DNA from: an uncultured Desulfobacteraceae bacterium
GTDB lineage: Bacteria; Desulfobacterota; DSM-4660; Desulfatiglandales; Desulfatiglandaceae
Assembly (NCBI GenBank): GCA_964485655.1
Contig: CAZAKC010000001.1
Span: forward strand, 1,028 to 65,027
DNA length: 64,000 nucleotides
Direction of reading: 5' to 3'
The notes under the pieces: model-generated
Told to the model about the DNA's origin: nothing
Database searches by the model: none
The model's input: only the letters and a program-made list of their open reading frames with translations
Position numbers and translations under genes: made by a program
In this document: positions 60,101 through 64,000 of the stretch, one piece after another
Position numbering within the stretch: the stretch's first letter is position 1
Layout of the letters: the number at the start of each line of letters is the position of its first letter

Positions 60101-60707
60101 GGAGCATGAGGCCCTCAAAGAGCGACACGAATTTATCAAGGGCCAGAGAGAAGACTTGATCAATTCTATCGAATCGTTAAGAAAGGCCATCAGAAAAATA
60201 AATAGGACATCACTGGAAAAGTTTAGGGAAACATTCCAGCAGGTGGACGAAAAATTGAAGACCGTCTTTCCTATTCTATTCAATGGTGGAACAGCAGGGC
60301 TTAAGCTCACCGATGAGTCCCGGCCCTTGGACAAGGGGGTTCTTGTGGAGGTGCAGCCCCCCGGTAAAAAACTGAGCCACATGGGCCTGCTCTCGGGTGG
60401 TGAAAAGGCCCTGGTGGCAATGGCGTTGCTGTTCTCCATCTACCTGATAAAACCAAGCCCATTCTGTCTCTTGGACGAAGTGGATGCCCCCCTTGACGAG
60501 GGAAATATTGATAGATTCAATGAACTGCTCAAGGAGATCAACAAATCCTCTCAAATCATCCTGGTCACGCATAACCGCAAGACCATGGAAATTGCTGATC
60601 GGCTCTACGGGGTCACAATGGAAGAAGCGGGAATCTCCAAGATTGTGTCAGTGGATATTGAACGAATCAAAGCAGAATCCCAACAGGCTTCACCCACCGC
60701 CTGCTAG
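57114..60707 (+). CDS. smc: Chromosome segregation protein SMC
   Basis: 1197 aa. N-terminal Walker A GPNGCGKSN, long coiled coils, central hinge, C-terminal signature LSGGEKAL and Walker B FCLLDEVDAPLD. Confidence 0.95.
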   Translation: MRLKSLSILGFKSFMDRVQISFPKGISAIVGPNGCGKSNIVDAIRWCMGEQSPKKLRGRSMEDVIFNGAGEHKPLGMAEVTIVLDNPGSEMPPGIMQQPEIAVTRRLYRSGESEYLINNIPCRLKDILELFMDTGLGNRAYSLIGQGMIGAIVDQKPEETRQMLEEAAGITRYRKKVEESQKKITLTEANLQRVEDILGEVERQMRSLKRQAAKAKKYNSVCEQIKELELQLFSSLFGELKTQSRVKDTAIRDLVQEEVAQSAHVGRLQNEIQVLGLKLEETEKKVTELRNSYLGIRERLQAKEALLESLDHERNLQQQMELRLREEKRTYQERSSKLKQEDREIRAEIEDVAARLERLRVNVSVQEQIVASKQAMLNKVREDFEDLRESLTTNRERESDLEHESGYIEKILAQISDTRTQLEKELHEIKAKKQEILQASETRNRVRETEAQRLEQIQEAIEHESAKNKQCEYKVEVVQQRLKDVEAELNAARSRLGSLKTLAENFEGFQVGVRTIMKARDLEPKQKGHILGLVADVIEVEPKYEQAVEAVLSDKLQYVIVESHEDGKEAIQYLKSKAKGRSSFVPLRDLNGNGSRPGKHNGFPALQDLVKTKDSFRPIINALLGHTIVVDDLDTAIKAWRSNGRNQCIVTLEGDVVDERGIISGGKLLKTSKGLLSRKREIAQLETLVQTKAQEVETLRMDLSTLEERLKKGKASIEARMEERWECQDRINQTDSVLFRLSQELDRIENLEIQIQKEMQSKEKERARHKTKLQEIAERLRRSKDLRATKEAYFTEKQEELKQCQDALEKSKEQLSALKADSRIVEEELRGLNKQLHRVQSYLSEASERLEKIDGEIQEAKDKQLAYAEEKRHAALLVEDLREDLQRAEGKVRSEERKKQELHSKIKEMEKRLDTGRRQLNDLKERINRAKMEGSEIQVKMNSLADMAREKYGVDLPTIYQELSVEGFSEAELRQDIEDKKQLKQKLGEVNLAAIKEHEALKERHEFIKGQREDLINSIESLRKAIRKINRTSLEKFRETFQQVDEKLKTVFPILFNGGTAGLKLTDESRPLDKGVLVEVQPPGKKLSHMGLLSGGEKALVAMALLFSIYLIKPSPFCLLDEVDAPLDEGNIDRFNELLKEINKSSQIILVTHNRKTMEIADRLYGVTMEEAGISKIVSVDIERIKAESQQASPTAC

Positions 60708-60791
60708 ACGGTACCCACTCCGTGGCCCCAGTCTTTTTTGCCATACTATATTGTGATATTATACCGACATTAGGAGGAAAACCTGCAACGT

Positions 60792-61772
60792 ATGAAATCT
60801 TCCGGGTCAAAAAGAACAGATGCTGATACCGCTCCTGATTCAACTGAAAAACAGGAAAAGGGATTTTTTGCCCGTCTCAAAGAACGACTTTCCAAGACCC
60901 GAAGCAGCATTGCTGGGAGACTGGACAGGATCGTCCTTGGGAAAAAACAAATCACCGGCGATTTGCTCGAGGAATTGGAAGAGATCCTTTTTACCTCCGA
61001 TCTTGGCGTTGAAGCTACCCAGGATCTTATCGATATAGTACAGGACAAGGTAGCACGCAAGACCCTGAAGGACCCCGAAAAATTAAAGGCAACACTAAAG
61101 GATCAGATACTGCAGTTTCTCAATGTCCCTCCTGCCCAGCGGAGATCACCCGAGCCCGGCCAGCCCCTCGTTATTATGGTTGTGGGGGTAAATGGGGTTG
61201 GTAAAACTACTACAATTGGAAAGGCCGCAGCCCTTTTCAAGCAAGAGAACAAGAAGGTGATGCTTGTGGCTGCCGATACGTTCCGGGCGGCAGCAATTGA
61301 GCAACTGGAAATATGGTCCCAGCGAGCGGATACGGAATTTGTCAAGCAAAAACCTGGGGCTGATCCTTCCGCCGTTGTCTTCGATGCCTTAGAGGCGGCG
61401 ATGTCCCGCGATATTGACGTTGTATTAATCGATACCGCGGGGAGGCTCCATACCAAGAAGAACCTTATGGACGAACTCCAGAAGGTGTATCGTGTGGCAG
61501 GCAAGAAACTGCCTGGTGCCCCCCATGAGACATGGCTGGTACTGGATGCAACCACGGGGCAAAATGCGATTTCCCAGGCCCAGATGTTCAATGAGGCCCT
61601 CGGGATCACTGACATTGTCCTCACAAAGTTGGATGGCACTGCCAAAGGAGGTATCGTGGTGGGTATTTCTCACCAGCTCAAGCTTCCAGTCCGGTATATA
61701 GGCATAGGCGAAAAGGTTGAAGATCTCAGGCCATTTGATCCGGAGGAGTTTGTAAACGCTATTTTCGAATAA
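60792..61772 (+). CDS. ftsY: Signal recognition particle receptor FtsY
   Basis: GVNGVGKTTTIGK, AADTFRAAA, DTAGR, TKLDGTAKGG. The classical smc-ftsY neighbourhood. Confidence 0.95.
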   Translation: MKSSGSKRTDADTAPDSTEKQEKGFFARLKERLSKTRSSIAGRLDRIVLGKKQITGDLLEELEEILFTSDLGVEATQDLIDIVQDKVARKTLKDPEKLKATLKDQILQFLNVPPAQRRSPEPGQPLVIMVVGVNGVGKTTTIGKAAALFKQENKKVMLVAADTFRAAAIEQLEIWSQRADTEFVKQKPGADPSAVVFDALEAAMSRDIDVVLIDTAGRLHTKKNLMDELQKVYRVAGKKLPGAPHETWLVLDATTGQNAISQAQMFNEALGITDIVLTKLDGTAKGGIVVGISHQLKLPVRYIGIGEKVEDLRPFDPEEFVNAIFE

Positions 61773-61928
61773 GTAAGGCGTTGACGGCTCCGTAGGCCCG
61801 TGTTTAGCCTGACGCATGATTTTAGCAATATGCACTCAAAGGGCGAGACAGTAACCTTTCGCAGCCAGGAAGAAAGAGGCAAAAAACCTATGTATATACC
61901 AGCAGTGAATGATATATAGGTAAAGGAA

Positions 61929-62351
61929 ATGAAGAGTATTGTCCATAGAAGGATCATGTGGGGCGATCTGGATCCCCTGGGTATAGTATTTTATCCCAGG
62001 TACTATGAGTGGATTGACGCAGCAGGCCATGTCTTCTTCGACGGGATCAATTTGAATCTGGGGACTCTGATGGAAAAGAGAAATATCCAGTTTGGCTTGG
62101 TCGAGACAGGATGCCGATACAGAGCCCCGGGCAGATACTACGATGAGATAACGATTGTCACAGAACTTAAGGGGCTCAAGAAAAAGACTCTGGAACTGAG
62201 CCATCATATCATCCGGGCTGAGGACAATACATTATTGGTAGAGGGTTTTGAGAAAAGGATTTGCCTTGATGTCTCGGACCCGGGTAATTTTAGGGCCACA
62301 CCAATTCCCCCAGACATATATGCCTTGCTTGAGCAGGCTGCTGCGCAATAG
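61929..62351 (+). CDS. 4HBT/YbgC-type acyl-CoA thioesterase (hotdog fold)
   Basis: RIMWGDLDPLGIVFYPRYYEW N-terminal motif, 140 aa. Confidence 0.8.
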   Translation: MKSIVHRRIMWGDLDPLGIVFYPRYYEWIDAAGHVFFDGINLNLGTLMEKRNIQFGLVETGCRYRAPGRYYDEITIVTELKGLKKKTLELSHHIIRAEDNTLLVEGFEKRICLDVSDPGNFRATPIPPDIYALLEQAAAQ

Positions 62352-62365
62352 CCACGCCTGGACAG

Positions 62366-63283
62366 TTATAAAGCCCTCATCCACTCGGGTCGCAGGCCGA
62401 TCTGTCCGCTTAACGCCTTATCAATGAGATCTAGGGCTTCCCGTTTTCCTCTTGGCAGCCTCGCCTTGATGGGCAGATAATTGGAAGCGTGATTTGAGAA
62501 GAACAGACCTCTGCTCAGATTTGTGTGGTAGAGCATCTCTCTTAGTTCTATTAAGAGGCCTCTCTGATCAGGCATCTGAAAGCGACCATTCACATAATCG
62601 TCGTAAAGAGGCGTGCCAGGTATCAACATTAGAGTAAGGGCTCCCACGTACTCTGGATCCATCTCACTTAACAGCTCCCCGGTAGCCTTGGCGTGTATCA
62701 GGGATCGCTCAACACCACCGATGCCCAGCAATACCGTGACTGAGAGCTTGATTCCCGCTTCCTTCACTTTACGGCCCATTTCAATAAGATTACGGGCCGT
62801 GGTCCCTTTGTTAATCTTCTTGAGGGTAACGTCATCTCCTGTCTCAACCCCTAAATAAAGGATCCCCAGCTTCTTTTCTCTCAGCTCGATAAGATCCTCA
62901 AGGGACTTCATTCTGATACTTTTGGCATTGGCATATGCCCCCACTCGCTTAACCCAGGGGAGATGCTCATTGATTCTGTCAAGAATCCAGATAAGCCTTT
63001 TTTGTGGGACTATCAGGGCGTCTCCGTCCATGAGAAAAACCCTGTCCTGATTTCGCATATATTTTGAGGCAAAGAGGATGTCGCTTAGGATAATCTCATT
63101 GGGCTTGATAGTAAATCGCTTGTCCTTGTAAGTACCACAAAATGTGCATTTATTATGGGAGCACCCCAAGGTCACCTGAAGCAGTATACTATAGGCTTCA
63201 CTCGGAGGCCTTATGCAAGTACCCTCATAATGCATGCCTTCGCTTTCAACCGCACAATCCATATGCCTCACCAGCCTTCTCAT
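62366..63283 (-). CDS. Radical SAM protein with Elp3-like CX4CX2C cluster motif
   Basis: IRPPSEAYSILLQVTLGCSHNKCTFCGTYK. The three Cys are spaced C-x4-C-x2-C. No Cys anywhere downstream of the motif, so no SPASM or twitch domain. TIM-barrel-like remainder (LYLGVETGD). Confidence 0.8.
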   Translation of the reverse strand: MRRLVRHMDCAVESEGMHYEGTCIRPPSEAYSILLQVTLGCSHNKCTFCGTYKDKRFTIKPNEIILSDILFASKYMRNQDRVFLMDGDALIVPQKRLIWILDRINEHLPWVKRVGAYANAKSIRMKSLEDLIELREKKLGILYLGVETGDDVTLKKINKGTTARNLIEMGRKVKEAGIKLSVTVLLGIGGVERSLIHAKATGELLSEMDPEYVGALTLMLIPGTPLYDDYVNGRFQMPDQRGLLIELREMLYHTNLSRGLFFSNHASNYLPIKARLPRGKREALDLIDKALSGQIGLRPEWMRAL

Positions 63284-63326
63284 AGACAGTTGTTTTTAAA
63301 TATAATGATCAGTTCATTCAAGTCAA

Positions 63327-63494
63327 TCATGTGGATACCTTGACAGGCTTCATCTCTACAATCACATGCCCCCATCGTCCACACCCAACGCCCACATCGA
63401 AGCAGCCAGCCCTGTTGAATATCACCTCATTGGGCTCTCTACCACTCATCAAGTTCTCGAAAAACGCATTTATGAGGACAGTCAAATTGGGCAT
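63327..63494 (-). CDS. Unannotated 55-codon ORF immediately upstream of the radical SAM gene
   Basis: My hand translation: MPNLTVLINAFFENLMSGREPNEVIFNRAGCFDVGVGCGRWGHVIVEMKPVKVST*. ATG at 63494, TGA at 63329-63327, 43 nt before the radical SAM start. RBS is weak (GGGG ~12 nt upstream). Below the 60-aa cut-off of the ORF track. Confidence 0.3.
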   Translation of the reverse strand: MPNLTVLINAFFENLMSGREPNEVIFNRAGCFDVGVGCGRWGHVIVEMKPVKVST

Positions 63495-63554
63495 AAGACC
63501 GGTAGCCCCAACCGCCTTTTAATAATTTCTATGATTTCTTTGCGTTGCATCAGT

Positions 63555-63962
63555 TTAAGACTTGGCTTTTTGCTCTTTTTTCTTAAGCTTCTTTTGTTGT
63601 CTCTTACTTAACTCTTGTTTTTGCTGGCCACCTTTCTTCTTCTTGAATTTTTCTTTTTTGGGCTTAGAGGTCTTCTGCGTCCTTTGGCGCGCCAATTCCT
63701 CATTTTTCTTTTCCTTTTCCTCGATGGCCCTTATTCTGGCCTGTGTCTCCCTTATCTTGGCCCTGATCTTCCTCACCACAGGGTCAGAGGGGATTTTCTG
63801 CGGCTCTTTTCCTGACTCTGACAGTCTCTTAATTCTTTGCTCCAGCTTTGCCTCCCAGTAATTCATCTGGCTGAGCCTTGCCGCCTTGCTGTTAGAACCC
63901 ATGTGAAGCGCTCCTTTCGACAGTTTGTTTTGTTGTTTCATTATCATAATTTGCTCGACCAT
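63555..63962 (-). CDS. Highly basic Lys-rich protein, unknown
   Basis: 135-aa ORF with a helical N-half and a KKEKFKKKKGG...KKLKKKEQKAKS tail. The start may be the internal MGSNSKAARL. Confidence 0.5.
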   Translation of the reverse strand: MVEQIMIMKQQNKLSKGALHMGSNSKAARLSQMNYWEAKLEQRIKRLSESGKEPQKIPSDPVVRKIRAKIRETQARIRAIEEKEKKNEELARQRTQKTSKPKKEKFKKKKGGQQKQELSKRQQKKLKKKEQKAKS

Positions 63963-64000
63963 TACAACTGCATTAGCACTTTCATTTCCTCAAGAATTGA

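Noticed and set aside
63498-63550. 22-codon - strand ORF (MQRKEIIEIIKRRLGLPVLCPI*) overlapping the start of the 55-codon ORF, considered as a possible frameshifted ACP-like gene
   Set aside because: No phosphopantetheine DSL motif appears in either frame, and joining the frames gives nothing recognisable. It is too short to support.
1-64000. Search for CRISPR arrays, IS elements, integrases, phage genes, rRNA/tRNA and long repeats
   Set aside because: None found by eye. Every gap longer than ~100 nt was read on both strands and contains only promoter-like or hairpin elements. A computational repeat, tRNA and Rfam scan would be the definitive check.

Overview
This 64-kb window is a densely coding chromosomal segment of mid GC content (judged by eye). 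About 60 protein genes sit in short operons on both strands. I found no rRNA, tRNA, CRISPR array, transposase, integrase or prophage genes. Gene content suggests an anaerobic, Desulfobacterota-like (deltaproteobacterial) organism; this is inference only, based on a rubredoxin-type tail, DUF3786, dodecins, a PaaK-type ligase with a molybdenum hydroxylase, TRAP transport and many Fe-S proteins.

Core housekeeping genes dominate:
- Metabolism: ppsA, fabH-like, NifS/IscS-type desulfurase, icd, murA, a stand-alone IMP cyclohydrolase.
- Envelope, proteolysis and RNA modification: ftsH, rsmG.
- DNA and chromosome: comEC, radA, smc-ftsY.

The accessory-looking parts are:
1. A 10-gene, single-strand module at 28346-37490: TRAP transporter, IclR, a three-subunit xanthine-dehydrogenase-family enzyme, a PaaK-type CoA ligase and a 68-aa coupled ORF.
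2. A glycosyl-glycerate-type compatible-solute cluster at 12950-17839.
3. An orphan ParA/MinD ATPase with an acidic tail, followed by a small charged protein.
4. A Hanks-type kinase 2 nt upstream of a 758-aa protein that ends in a degenerate GGDEF domain.
5. A LysM membrane protein whose gene overlaps a patatin lipase gene.
6. Two dodecin genes, each directly upstream of a transcription-factor gene.
7. A radical SAM gene with Elp3-like CX4CX2C spacing, preceded by an unannotated 55-codon ORF.

I could not recognise a defence island or a clearly novel multi-gene system with confidence. The items above are candidates ranked by how poorly known families explain them. All functional calls come from motif recognition in the supplied translations; no searches were run.
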